From an uncultured Nitrospiraceae bacterium (GTDB lineage: Bacteria > Nitrospirota > Thermodesulfovibrionia > Thermodesulfovibrionales > Dissulfurispiraceae): a stretch of DNA of 64,000 nt. The DNA lies in the NCBI GenBank assembly GCA_963705105.1, contig CAVPIW010000006.1, positions 1,048,449 to 1,112,448 on the forward strand, read 5' to 3'. Positions 9,649 through 19,531 of this stretch are shown one piece after another. The notes beneath the pieces were generated by a model, which saw only the letters and a program-made list of their open reading frames with translations, was not told where the DNA came from and searched no databases. How positions within the stretch are numbered: the first letter of the stretch is position 1; every line of letters begins with the position of its first letter. Position numbers and translations under genes: made by a program.

Positions 9649-11829
9649 GTGTCTAATAGGACGTTTTCCTTTCTCTTCATCTCAGCGCTTGTCCTGGTTT
9701 CGCTCTTGCCTTGCCTGTCAAGCGCCGACCCGCTTGACACCTGGCACTGGAGGAACCCTCTGCCCCAGGGGAACGGCCTCAGGGGGGCAACCTTCGGGAA
9801 CGGAACCTTTGTTGCCGTGGGAAGATCCGGCACAATCGTCACCTCTCCTGATGGCGTGACATGGACATCGAGGAACTCAGGGACTACGAATGGTCTCTTT
9901 GACGTGACCTTCGGGAACGGGATCTTTGTTGCCGTGGGGTATCCTGGCACAATCATCACCTCTCCCGACGGCGTGACATGGACATCGAGGAGTTCAGGGA
10001 CTGGCCATTCTCTCACCGGGGTAACCTTTGGCAACGGGACCTTTGTTGCCGTGGGGTATGCCACCACAATTGTCACTTCTCCCGATGGGGTGACATGGAC
10101 CTCGAGGCACCTAGAGAGTGACTATGATCTCCTCGGGGTAGCCTTTGGCAACGGGACCTTTGTTGCCGTGGGGGGGAGTTGGGGTTCAGATACCTTTTTT
10201 TCCTATGCGAAATTGGGCTTAATTGAGACTTCTCCTGATGGGGTGACATGGACCTCGGGGAACTCAGGGACTGCCCGTCCTTTCGCCGGGGTAGCCTTTG
10301 GCAACGGGATCTTTGTTACCGTGGGTATTTATTCGGGCACAATCCTCACCTCTCCTGACGGGGTGACATGGACCCCGGGGAGCTCAGGGATTGCCAATCC
10401 TCCCGATCTCTCAGGGGTAGCCTTTGGCAACGGAACCTTTGTTGCCGTGGGGAATGGAAGCACAATTGTCACTTCTCCTGACGGCGTGACATGGACATCG
10501 AGGAGTTCAGGGACTGGCGAATTTCCCAGAGGGGTAACCTTTGGCAACGGGATCTTTGTTGCCGTGGGGTATCCTGGCACAATCATCACCTCTCCCGACG
10601 GCGTGACATGGACCTCGAGGGTCTCATCAGTAACTGCCCGTCATAGTCTCACAGGGGTAACCTTTGGCAACGGGATCTTTGTTGCCGTGGTGTATCCTGG
10701 CACAATTGTCACCTCTCCCGACGGCGTGACATGGACCTCGAGGGTCTCATCAGTAACTGCCCTTCATAGTCTCGCAGGGGTAACCTTTGGCAACGGGATC
10801 TTTGTTGCCGTGGGGTGGCCTGGCACAATCATCACCTCTCCCGACGGCGTGACATGGACCTCGAGGAGTTCAGGGACTGGCCATTCTCTCACCGGGGTAA
10901 CCTTTGGCAACGGGACCTTTGTCGCCGTGGGAGGATCCGGCACAATCGTCACCTCTCCCGACGGCGTGACATGGACATCGAGGACCTCAGGGCCTGGCCA
11001 ATTATTTGGTCACAATGGGGTAACCTTTGGCAGCGGGAGCTTTGTCGCCGTGGGGAATGCCGGCACAATCCTCACCTCTCCCGACGGCGTGACATGGACA
11101 TCGAGGACCTCAGGGCCTGGCCAATTTCTTGGTCTCAATGGGGTAACCTTTGGCAGCGGGAGCTTTGTCGCCGTGGGGAATGCCGGCACAATCCTCACCT
11201 CTCCCGACGGCGTGACATGGACATCGAGGAGTTCAGGGACTGGCCAATTTCTCAATGGGGTAACCTTTGGCAACGGGACCTTTGTTGCCGTGGGCAGTTT
11301 TAGCGGAATCCTCACTTCTCCCGACGGCGTGACATGGACCTCGAGGAGTTCAGCAGGGACTGGCGAATTTCTCAATGGGGTAACCTTTGGGAACGGGACC
11401 TTTGTCGCCGTGGGGAGTGGTGGCGCGATTCTTCAATCAGATCCTGCACCCGCAACCCCGGCGGTGAGGGTGAACAACGCTTCTCAGCAGATCACCCTGA
11501 GATCGAATGAGGCGCTCTCGGTGACTGTGAGCTTCGACGCAGGAGGGATGTCCGGAATACATGCTGACTGGTGGGTTGTGGCGTATGCGCCTTATGGCTG
11601 GTCCTACTATGTGCATCCCGGCATGTGGTTCTATGCCCCTTCGCCGGAGTCACTTCGCCCTGCCGCTCAGGGACCTCTCTTCAGCTTTTCCCCGATCGAG
11701 GTGCTCAATATGACAGGGCTCCACGCAGGGACATATTTCGTCTATTTCGGTGTCGACACAAACGCCAACGGTGTCATTGATTTCGACCAACTGATCCTTG
11801 ACTCCACGACGATCGACATCGTGCCGTAG
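9649..11829 (+). CDS. Secreted 14-repeat beta-propeller protein (Asp-box/Ycf48-BNR-like) with ~125 aa C-terminal domain
   Basis: GAGGAGG RBS then GTG 9649, signal peptide, 14 x GVTFGNGTFVAVG, each followed by TSPDGVTWT except the last. Confidence 0.88.
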   Translation: MSNRTFSFLFISALVLVSLLPCLSSADPLDTWHWRNPLPQGNGLRGATFGNGTFVAVGRSGTIVTSPDGVTWTSRNSGTTNGLFDVTFGNGIFVAVGYPGTIITSPDGVTWTSRSSGTGHSLTGVTFGNGTFVAVGYATTIVTSPDGVTWTSRHLESDYDLLGVAFGNGTFVAVGGSWGSDTFFSYAKLGLIETSPDGVTWTSGNSGTARPFAGVAFGNGIFVTVGIYSGTILTSPDGVTWTPGSSGIANPPDLSGVAFGNGTFVAVGNGSTIVTSPDGVTWTSRSSGTGEFPRGVTFGNGIFVAVGYPGTIITSPDGVTWTSRVSSVTARHSLTGVTFGNGIFVAVVYPGTIVTSPDGVTWTSRVSSVTALHSLAGVTFGNGIFVAVGWPGTIITSPDGVTWTSRSSGTGHSLTGVTFGNGTFVAVGGSGTIVTSPDGVTWTSRTSGPGQLFGHNGVTFGSGSFVAVGNAGTILTSPDGVTWTSRTSGPGQFLGLNGVTFGSGSFVAVGNAGTILTSPDGVTWTSRSSGTGQFLNGVTFGNGTFVAVGSFSGILTSPDGVTWTSRSSAGTGEFLNGVTFGNGTFVAVGSGGAILQSDPAPATPAVRVNNASQQITLRSNEALSVTVSFDAGGMSGIHADWWVVAYAPYGWSYYVHPGMWFYAPSPESLRPAAQGPLFSFSPIEVLNMTGLHAGTYFVYFGVDTNANGVIDFDQLILDSTTIDIVP

Positions 11830-11901
11830 TCATCGGACGTTCTTTTTTACAGAGAGCAAACCGGGGCATTGGGCCGGAACGTGCCGGACAATGCCCCAGC
11901 A

Positions 11902-12123
11902 GGGGTAAATTTCGAGCAGGTAGTTATCCTGATGGAACGAGGAGATGTCCTCGAAACAATTGAACACCCAAATCAAAAAAGATATCCTGGTCAGAAAATC
12001 GCAACATTCTGGATTGATGATTATGCTTATCTCGTTCCGTATGTTCAGGAAAGCGACGAAATATTCTTAACGACCATTATCCCGAGCCGAAAAGCAACGA
12101 ACAAGTATATGAGGTCACAATAA
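11902..12123 (+). pseudogene. 5'-truncated BrnT-family toxin
   Basis: GVNFEQVV..IEHPNQKRYPGQK..YAYLVPYV..IFLTTIIPSRKAT resembles BrnT-like toxins but lacks the usual N-terminal W..KN segment and a credible start/RBS. Confidence 0.65.
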
Positions 12124-12407
12124 TGAAAAAAACAGTATTGGATGAAGAAGAAAAAGATATTTTAGAGTCTTACGAACGTGGTGAATGGAAACCTGTCAAT
12201 AATCCGAAGGCAGAAATTAAGAAACTGCAGGAATACGCAAGAAATACGCTACAAAAAGACAAGAGGATAAATATCAGGATGTCATCAAAAGACTTGAACC
12301 AAGTTCAAGTCATCGCCGCACAGGAAGGAATCCCGTATCAAACCCTGATATCCAGCATCATTCACAAGTACGTTTCGGGCTATTTAACGGAGAAAAAGAG
12401 GGCTTAA
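12123..12407 (+). CDS. BrnA/CopG-like antitoxin
   Basis: LDEEEKDILESYERGEW..KDKRINIRMS..GIPYQTLISSIIHKYV; TAATG coupling to the toxin; low GC. Confidence 0.85.
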   Translation: MKKTVLDEEEKDILESYERGEWKPVNNPKAEIKKLQEYARNTLQKDKRINIRMSSKDLNQVQVIAAQEGIPYQTLISSIIHKYVSGYLTEKKRA

Positions 12408-12477
12408 TCGGGTAAGAAGCGGTGATTGGCCGTCCCTCCCCGCACCACCCATCATGCGGGTCCGCAGTAGGCGGTTC
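12407..12477 (-). mobile_element. Group IIC intron remnant (domains V-VI and 3' end)
   Basis: Minus strand GAACCGCCTACTGCGGACCCGCATGATGGGTGGTGCGGGGAGGG..CTTCTTACCCGAT: CGC triad, short D5, AT terminus; no RT ORF. Confidence 0.85.
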
Positions 12478-12799
12478 GCGGAAATCATCGGGAGCCCGGC
12501 AACGGAATTGAGACAAATCGAATACGTCACCCATGATCCTCACGGCCCGGACGAGTCAAGAACGGCCGACCTCCCTATTTTTCTTCTCGATGTTTCCTAT
12601 CTGTTCTGCAATGGGGTCATCCCCCTATCTCCGTCATCAATAACGTGCTGAAAACCGGCGGGGCGAAGATGCAAGGGTTGGAAAAAACCGCGGCTTGATA
12701 TCGCCGTGCACAATTTCCGAAGGAAATCGGAAAGCGCGAGGGCAGATATATCTCCTGATAGGCGATAATAGGTGTCACCAATGTGACAGGAGGCGGTTC

Positions 12800-13570
12800 A
12801 TGAACATCATCTTTCATGATTCTTACTACCGGGTGTATGACAGGGACCCCGCGGCGGCGCCGGGGCGCATGGAACCGATAATGCGGGAGCTGAAGAAGCA
12901 CCCGCACTACACGTTCATCACCCCCGAAGCGGCGACGGAGGAGGACCTCAAGAGGGCCCACTCGGTCCTCCATATTCAGACGATCCGCCGCTCCCCTCTC
13001 ATCTACGAGATTGCGGTCCTCGCTGCGGGCGGCGCTATCGAGGCGGCTGAACGGGCCTGGGCGGGAGAGCCTTCCTTCGGCTGCATCAGGCCCCCCGGTC
13101 ATCACGCCTCTTCGGACAGTTGCTGGGGGTTCTGCTTCTTCAACAACATGGCCGTGTCCCTCCTGAAGCTCAAGGCTGAGGGGAAAATCTCGTCGGCTTT
13201 CATACTCGATTTCGATCTCCACTTCGGCGACGGGAATGTGAACATCCTCGACGGTGTCAGGAACTTCACAATCCTGAACCCCTCTGCCCGGAACGAGAGG
13301 GATTACCTGAGGGAGGTCTCGTCGGTCCTGGACAGTGCCGGCGACTACGACATCATCGCGGCCTCGGCGGGCTTCGACGAATATGTCAAGGATTGGGGCG
13401 GCAAGCTCTCGACGCAGGCGTACCGGGACATCGGGGCGTTGATGAAGGAGTTCTCGGAGAAACACTGCCAGGGGAGACGGTATGCGCTCCTCGAAGGAGG
13501 GTATCACTACGCGGACCTGGGGCTGAACATCCACGCCTTCTGTGAAGGCTTCCGCTGCGTCGGAATATAA
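12800..13570 (+). CDS. Histone deacetylase-family protein
   Basis: RPPGHHA, GFCFFNN, DFDLHFGDG, SAGFD, LEGGY; AGGAGG RBS before ATG 12800. Confidence 0.93.
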   Translation: MNIIFHDSYYRVYDRDPAAAPGRMEPIMRELKKHPHYTFITPEAATEEDLKRAHSVLHIQTIRRSPLIYEIAVLAAGGAIEAAERAWAGEPSFGCIRPPGHHASSDSCWGFCFFNNMAVSLLKLKAEGKISSAFILDFDLHFGDGNVNILDGVRNFTILNPSARNERDYLREVSSVLDSAGDYDIIAASAGFDEYVKDWGGKLSTQAYRDIGALMKEFSEKHCQGRRYALLEGGYHYADLGLNIHAFCEGFRCVGI

Positions 13571-13585
13571 TTTATAGCTTGTTAT

Positions 13586-15148
13586 TCATGAAATGAGGAG
13601 CTGGTTCTCCCTCGAGCGCGATTCGCCGAGATTCGTGACATAGATGGCGGGCTGCCCGAGGACGGGGCACTTCGTTTCGCAGATGCCGCAGCCGATGCAG
13701 AGTTCAAGATCGACCCGCGGCTGCTGCAGCGCCACCTCCCTGCCCTCCCTGTCCTTCACCCGCACTTCATCGAACCAGATCGCCTTTTTCGGCGTCGGGC
13801 AGACCTCCTCGCAAACGATGCAGGGAATCCCGTGGGCATGGGGCAGGCATCTGCCCTTGTCGATCATGGCGAGCCCGACTTTAACCTTCACCTTCTCATC
13901 AAGGGGCAGTTGCCTGATCGCCCCTGTCGGGCAGACCTGTCCACAGAGCGTGCACCGGTACTCGCAGTAACCTATCCGGGGGATGAGGACGGGGGACCAG
14001 ATGCCTTCCAGGCCCGCCTCCAGGAGCGTGGGCTGGAGGCCGTTCGTCGTGCAGACCTTCATGCATTCGCCGCACTTGACGCAGCGTTTCAGGAAATCTT
14101 TTTCATCGAGCGAACCGGGAGGGCGGATCAGCTTCGGGTTGCTGTACGCCGGCATGGTGAGAGGCGTCGTCCTGATGAGCGGCACCGCGAAAGCGCCGGA
14201 CAGGAACGACGTGATCACCCTCCTCCTGCCGAGGTCCATCCCTGCCCTGCCGCTGCCCCTGCCGAAGCCGAAGCGGACGGCATTGTGAGGACAGATATCG
14301 TCGCAGTTCCAGCACATGACGCATTCCGTGCCCTTCCATCCCTCGCGCTCGTCGGGCGCCGCATTGCCCTGGCACACCGTCGCGCAGGCACCGCAGGCTG
14401 TGCAGCCCTCGGTCACCGACCTCTTCAGGACGGAATAGCGGGAGAGGACACCAAGAAGAGCGCCGAGGGGGCAGAGAAACTTGCACCAGAACCTCTTCTC
14501 CAAAAGATTCAGGCCGATGACGGCAAGGAAGAGGAGACCGATGAAGGTACTCTGCAGGTAGAAGGGCTGCTGAAAGGAGAGGACGCTCTTTTTCAGCACC
14601 CCGTACACTGCCTCGGACACGGCGACGACACCCCCCGGGGCACTCCCGTAGATGGTGTCGAAGAAGGACCTCGTCATGTAATTGAAAAGGGGATAGACGC
14701 TCACGGAGAAGGAGCGGATGAGCAGAGACAGGGGATCCATAATGCCCACAAGCTGCATGCCGAAGAGGGACGAAGCGACGAGAAAAACGAGAATGAAATA
14801 CTTCAACCGGTGCCATGAGGGCTTCATCGTGCCGACGTTCCGCGTCCGGAGGGCGCCGGCCATTGTGTTCAGCGTCCCCAGGGGGCAGACCCATCCGCAG
14901 AAGATGCGGCCCAGGAGGACCGTCAGCACGATCACGATGAGGGAGAGATAAAACGCGACGGCAGCCGCATGGGCCGACAGGAGAGTCGTCACAAGGATGA
15001 GGGGATCGAAGTCGAGGAAAAGCCGGACGGGATAGCCCAGCTCGTCATTTCCCTTCGACTCTGTCTGGATGAAGAGGAAAAGAAAGAGGACGAGAAAGAG
15101 CCCTTGGGACACCCTGCGGCCCTGCTTCAGAGCAGCCATCTTCTTCAC
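13586..15148 (-). CDS. Membrane polyferredoxin (NapH/MauN + NapG/MauM-like fusion)
   Basis: GRIFCGWVCPLG, RFWCKFLCPLG, IRPPG, several CxxCxxCxxxCP. Confidence 0.88.
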   Translation of the reverse strand: MKKMAALKQGRRVSQGLFLVLFLFLFIQTESKGNDELGYPVRLFLDFDPLILVTTLLSAHAAAVAFYLSLIVIVLTVLLGRIFCGWVCPLGTLNTMAGALRTRNVGTMKPSWHRLKYFILVFLVASSLFGMQLVGIMDPLSLLIRSFSVSVYPLFNYMTRSFFDTIYGSAPGGVVAVSEAVYGVLKKSVLSFQQPFYLQSTFIGLLFLAVIGLNLLEKRFWCKFLCPLGALLGVLSRYSVLKRSVTEGCTACGACATVCQGNAAPDEREGWKGTECVMCWNCDDICPHNAVRFGFGRGSGRAGMDLGRRRVITSFLSGAFAVPLIRTTPLTMPAYSNPKLIRPPGSLDEKDFLKRCVKCGECMKVCTTNGLQPTLLEAGLEGIWSPVLIPRIGYCEYRCTLCGQVCPTGAIRQLPLDEKVKVKVGLAMIDKGRCLPHAHGIPCIVCEEVCPTPKKAIWFDEVRVKDREGREVALQQPRVDLELCIGCGICETKCPVLGQPAIYVTNLGESRSRENQLLIS

Positions 15149-16251
15149 ATGACCTCTTTCACGAGCCGGTTGACGAGGCGGGCGACGGAAAGGCAGGCTG
15201 TCAGCCCCGGCGACTCCATGCCGACGAGGTTGATGAACCCGTCCAATCCCCTGTCAGCCTCATGCATGATGACGAAGTCTTTCGTCCCTTCACCGGCGAT
15301 CTTCGGCCGGACTCCGGCCATGTCGGGGATGAGGGCTTCACGGTCGAGTCCGCTGATGATCCGAGATGCGCCGTCGAAAAAGGCATCCCTTCTGGCCGGG
15401 TCGACCCGGTAATCGACGTCGTCGACATATTCAACATCGGGGCCGAACCGGAGCCTCCCCTTGAGATCGAGCGTCGCGTGGACACCGAGACCCATGAGGT
15501 CGGTGTGCGGGACAGGATAGACGAGTCTCGTCACGGGAGAAGGTTTTTCGTAGGAAAAGTAGGAACCCTTGCAATAGCGCAGGCGGTATCCCGCGTCGTC
15601 GACATCCATGCCTGCAAGCGCAGCGACCCTGTCCGACTGCAGGCCGGCGGCGTTGACGACGACGGCCGACCGGAACCGGTAGTTCTCCTCCTCGAGGCCG
15701 AGGATATATCCGTCTCCTGTCTTTTCGATCGAGGAAAGGGTGCTGTTGAAGGAGAAGAGCACTCCGCCGGCAGAGGCGCGGTGATAGAGATCCGCCATGA
15801 GGGAGTGCGAATCGACGATGCCCGTCCACGGCGAGAAGATGGCGGTGACGCACCGCACAGCGGGCTCATCGGACCGGACGTCTCTTCCGTCACGCATCAC
15901 GACATCGTCCACCCCGTTTTTCAGGGCAGTGCTGAAAAGCGATTCAAGGCACCCCCTCTCACCCTCTTCCGTCGCAACGATGTATTTGCCGAGGCGGGCA
16001 TGGGGAATCCCCGCATCCCGGCATCGCTGATAGAGGAGCGCAGCTCCCTCGACGCAGAGGGAGGCCTTCAGGGAGCCCGGCGGATAATAGATGCCCGAGT
16101 GGATGACTTCGCTGTTGCGGCTGCTCGTCTCCCGGCCGAAGGCATCGTGACGCTCGAGCACGACGATGTCACCGCCGTCTCCGGCGAGTTCAGCGGCGAC
16201 GGCGAGACCGATGACACCGGCCCCTATGATCGTTATGTCGATTCTATCCAT
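15145..16251 (-). CDS. FAD-dependent oxidoreductase, L-2-hydroxyglutarate oxidase (LhgO) family
   Basis: GAGVIG, ETSSRNSEVIHSG, LGVHATLD, GMESPGLT; likely start MDRID at 16251 (track extension lies in a MITE). Confidence 0.87.
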   Translation of the reverse strand: MDRIDITIIGAGVIGLAVAAELAGDGGDIVVLERHDAFGRETSSRNSEVIHSGIYYPPGSLKASLCVEGAALLYQRCRDAGIPHARLGKYIVATEEGERGCLESLFSTALKNGVDDVVMRDGRDVRSDEPAVRCVTAIFSPWTGIVDSHSLMADLYHRASAGGVLFSFNSTLSSIEKTGDGYILGLEEENYRFRSAVVVNAAGLQSDRVAALAGMDVDDAGYRLRYCKGSYFSYEKPSPVTRLVYPVPHTDLMGLGVHATLDLKGRLRFGPDVEYVDDVDYRVDPARRDAFFDGASRIISGLDREALIPDMAGVRPKIAGEGTKDFVIMHEADRGLDGFINLVGMESPGLTACLSVARLVNRLVKEVM

Positions 16252-16268
16252 GGCGAAAACACAGTATA

Positions 16269-16470
16269 ACCTTGTAGCCGTATGAAAAGGCCGGGCAAAG
16301 CGCCTCAAAGCCTCGCTGATAGCGAGCATAATTGTTTATTATTGGTGTATCAGAATCATCCCCTGTGTCATAGACCTTCTGCCTGAAATGGTCTGTATGG
16401 GAAGGCAACGGTTTCGCAGCACCGAGGCTTTTCGGCGCATACACCCCGCCTTTCCGCGGAACGACGAGGT
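16269..16470 (-). mobile_element. MITE-like element (B-left/B-right)
   Basis: Reverse complement of the 4148-type element, ACCTTG...ACGAGGT ends. Confidence 0.78.
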
Positions 16471-16513
16471 GTAACACGTAACCCGCAACGCGTAACTCGA
16501 AACTTGCAACTTG
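16471..16513. repeat. Heptamer tandem array (GTAACNC-like x6)
   Basis: gtaacac gtaaccc gcaacgc gtaactc gaaactt gcaactt. Confidence 0.75.
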
Positions 16514-16523
16514 TCTTTCACAC

Positions 16524-17429
16524 TCACACTGTCACTTTCTTTATCTTGAGCTTCCCAAGGTCCATGACGCCGAGCCCCGCGGCGGCGCCCTTCTTCACGT
16601 ACCCGAGATTGGCCCCCTTGAGGCCGAAGAGGGTTGCCCCGTAGGCGTCGACTGCTACCTGGTCGACACCGGCAATGACCGTGTCGAGCTTCCGCACGTC
16701 CCTCAGGTCTCCCCCCTGCGGACCGTTCGCCGTGAGTATCCTGACGGCGTCAAGCACCGTCAGTGCCGGCTTGACAAATCGGGCGAGATCCACGAGGTTC
16801 TCATCAATTCTCTGGTGAATCTGGCCTCTCCTGCCGCCCATGATCCCCATCCAGTTCTTCATCGCCAGGGTGAGCCCGGCGAGGCTATGGTGCTTCGCCA
16901 CCGGCACGTTGATCACTTTGTCGGCCTCGAAGACCTCCGTATAAAGGGGCCACGACTTGAGGGTCTCGCCCCTGAGACTCATGTCTTTGAATTTCCGGTC
17001 GTCGATGAACGACACCTCGGCGCCCGCCTTTTGCGCGGCGTCGATAATGCCGCTCTGTTTGTAGCATCTCCTCGGGTCGTTCACCGTCCTGTCGAAGACC
17101 TTCACCTTTTTCGCTCCCGCCTCGTAACAGAGGGCGACGATCGTGGCGACCACCTCGGGATTCGTGTTCGCAGCCTGTTCCGGTGTCCTGTCCCAGCCGA
17201 TGTTCGGCTTGACGACGACGATATCGCCCTTCGAAACGTACTTCCCTATCCCGCCCGCCGCGTCGATGGCAGCCCTCGTGGTCTTCGCCGGCGACGAGCC
17301 GCCGGCAACGGCAAGGTCGACTTTCTCAGCGCCTTCGACGTCTCCGATGATCCCGCCGGGAATCCTCCAGCTCAGGGGCACGGCGATGCCCGCCGCTGCG
17401 GCAAATCTTAGAAAATCCCGTCTTTTCAT
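16524..17429 (-). CDS. DUF362 family Fe-S-related protein with Tat signal
   Basis: MKRRDFLR, VVVKPNIGWDR, NVPVAKHH, MKNWMG, DQVAVD. Confidence 0.88.
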   Translation of the reverse strand: MKRRDFLRFAAAAGIAVPLSWRIPGGIIGDVEGAEKVDLAVAGGSSPAKTTRAAIDAAGGIGKYVSKGDIVVVKPNIGWDRTPEQAANTNPEVVATIVALCYEAGAKKVKVFDRTVNDPRRCYKQSGIIDAAQKAGAEVSFIDDRKFKDMSLRGETLKSWPLYTEVFEADKVINVPVAKHHSLAGLTLAMKNWMGIMGGRRGQIHQRIDENLVDLARFVKPALTVLDAVRILTANGPQGGDLRDVRKLDTVIAGVDQVAVDAYGATLFGLKGANLGYVKKGAAAGLGVMDLGKLKIKKVTV

Positions 17430-17450
17430 GGTCAACTCCTTACCGGACAT

Positions 17451-19397
17451 TTATAACGCGTTCCGGTCCCGCTCTATCGGTCTGTACTCAAGGACCTCGG
17501 TGCTGATCATCTCCCGCGATCCGAAGAGGTATCCGTACCACCTTGTGAGCATGTCCGTCAGGGCCACAACGGCGAGGGCGACCATGAGGACGATAAGAAA
17601 AGCGTCGACGCGATAATGGATCGATGCGGAGAGTGATGCCGCCCCTGCAGCCTTGTCCCGGAAGATCCGGAAGAGCTCCCACGAGGCGGTGAATGTGGTC
17701 GCGAACATGAAGCACATGGGGATAAAGGTCGTCCAGGCATACCGGAGCTTTCCCGATTTGATGATAACAGTCGTGCCGACGCCGAGGGCGATGGCCGACA
17801 GGAGCTGGTTCGACACGCCGAACATGGGCCAGATCGCCCCGATGTTGCCGGAATAGATGAGGTAGCCCCAGGCGGCGACGACGGCCAGGCTCGTCGCGAC
17901 GATACCCGGGATCCAGCCCTGCCGTGTCACCGGTTTCCAGACATGGCCCACCAGATCCTGGAGCAGGAAGCGGGCAACCCTCGTTCCCGTGTCGACGGTG
18001 GTCAGGATGAAAAGGGCCTCGAACATGAGTGCGAAGTTGTACCAATACGCCATGAGCGTCTTCATGCCCGGGATGTTCGACAGGATAGAGGCCATGCCGA
18101 CGGCCAGGGAGACGGCGCCGCCCGGCCTGCCCGCAACATTCGTCCCGACGAGTGCCGACAATTCGGCGATCTTCCCGGGCGGAAAGCCCAGGGCGGCTAT
18201 CTTTTCGGGAGTGAGGGCCGTATTGATGGCGAAGTAGTCCCCAGGGATGAGGATCGTCGCCGCAATGAGGGCCATGACGGAAACAAAGCCCTCGACGAGC
18301 ATCGCCCCGTAGCCGATGAGGGGAATGTCCCTCTCGGAGCGGATCATCTTCGGCGTCGTCCCCGATGAAATGAGGGAATGAAAGCCCGATATGGCGCCGC
18401 AGGCGATGGTGATGAACATGAAGGGAAAGAGCTTGCCGGGGATGACGGGCCCCCCTCCGTGGATGAAGGGCGTGAATGCCGGCATCTGGATCGTCGGCGC
18501 CATGAAAAAGACGCCGCAGGCGAGGAGCAGCATCGTTCCGATCTTCATGTACGTCGACAGGTAGTCCCTCGGGCAGAGGAGCATCCAGACGGGGAGTACC
18601 GACGCGACAAAACCATAGGCGGCAATGGCCACGACGAGGCCGTTTTTCGGGAGGCTGAACCAGGGCTCCAGGGATGAGCCGGGAATGTAGTGGCCCGCAA
18701 AGACGGCGGCAAGAAGGAGGACCACGCCGATGACGCTCACTTCGCCGACTCTGCCCGGCCTGATGCGATAGAGATAGAGGCCCATGAAAAGAGCGATGGG
18801 GATCGTTGTGGCGATGCTGAAAGTACCCCAGGGACTCTCGGCGAGGGCGTTGACGACAGCGAGGCCCAATCCCGCGAGGGCGACGATAATGATGAAGAGA
18901 ACTGCCAGGGACGCAGCCATGCCGCCGACAGGACCGATCTCATCCTTGGCGATCCGGGCGAGGGACCGGCCGTTTCTTCTCACCGAAGCGGCGAGGATGA
19001 CCATATCGTGCACGGCGCCTGCCATGACGGACCCGATGAGTATCCAGAGAAGGCCCGGCAGGTAGCCGAACTGCGCAGCGAGCATCGGGCCGATGAGCGG
19101 CCCTGCTCCGGCAATGGCGGCGAAGTGGTGGCCGAAGAGGATCCAGCGGTTCGTGGGGTGGAAGTCCATGCCGTCTCGGAGGCGCAGAGCCGGTGTCGCA
19201 TGGCTTTCATTCAGGGAGAAGACCCGGGCTGCGAGGAAGGTGCCGTAGAAGCGGTAGGCGATGGCGTAGATGCAAGCCATGGCGACGATGATCCAGAGGG
19301 CGTTCACCTTCTCGCCGGGATTGACGAGCCCCGTCACGATCGACAGCGCAAGGGCGGCGACTAATGCGACGATGATCCAGAACAGGCGCCTCAGCAT
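17451..19397 (-). CDS. cstA: Carbon starvation protein A
   Basis: LFGHHFAAIAGAGPLIGP, ITIACGAISGFH, LTTVDTGTR, IWPMFGVSNQLL. Confidence 0.93.
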   Translation of the reverse strand: MLRRLFWIIVALVAALALSIVTGLVNPGEKVNALWIIVAMACIYAIAYRFYGTFLAARVFSLNESHATPALRLRDGMDFHPTNRWILFGHHFAAIAGAGPLIGPMLAAQFGYLPGLLWILIGSVMAGAVHDMVILAASVRRNGRSLARIAKDEIGPVGGMAASLAVLFIIIVALAGLGLAVVNALAESPWGTFSIATTIPIALFMGLYLYRIRPGRVGEVSVIGVVLLLAAVFAGHYIPGSSLEPWFSLPKNGLVVAIAAYGFVASVLPVWMLLCPRDYLSTYMKIGTMLLLACGVFFMAPTIQMPAFTPFIHGGGPVIPGKLFPFMFITIACGAISGFHSLISSGTTPKMIRSERDIPLIGYGAMLVEGFVSVMALIAATILIPGDYFAINTALTPEKIAALGFPPGKIAELSALVGTNVAGRPGGAVSLAVGMASILSNIPGMKTLMAYWYNFALMFEALFILTTVDTGTRVARFLLQDLVGHVWKPVTRQGWIPGIVATSLAVVAAWGYLIYSGNIGAIWPMFGVSNQLLSAIALGVGTTVIIKSGKLRYAWTTFIPMCFMFATTFTASWELFRIFRDKAAGAASLSASIHYRVDAFLIVLMVALAVVALTDMLTRWYGYLFGSREMISTEVLEYRPIERDRNAL

Positions 19398-19431
19398 ACG
19401 TTATTATTACCGCCCCCAGCGCCGGTCTGTC

Positions 19432-19531
19432 AAATACATAAGGACAGTGTGCGTGTCAGTGTCAGTGTCTGTGTCTGTGAAAAGAAATACATAAGGACAG
19501 TGTGAGTGTCAGTGTCTGTGTCTGTGAAAAG
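19432..19531. repeat. Tandem duplication (53 + 47 bp) containing AGTGTC hexamers
   Basis: AAATACATAAGGACAGTGTG..TGTGAAAAG twice, differing by one hexamer. Confidence 0.9.

Noticed and set aside
9780..11420. Possible CRISPR array or DGR
   Set aside because: The repeats are in-frame coding units of ~120 bp; no cas genes, reverse transcriptase or adenine-specific variation.
12650..12672. GGCGGGGCGAAGATGC as another MITE copy
   Set aside because: Matches the 4148 left arm for only ~16 bp; too short to call.
12700..12715. GTGCAC as the 5' end of the group II intron
   Set aside because: Not GTGCG, only ~300 bp from D6, and not followed by the expected attC remainder.
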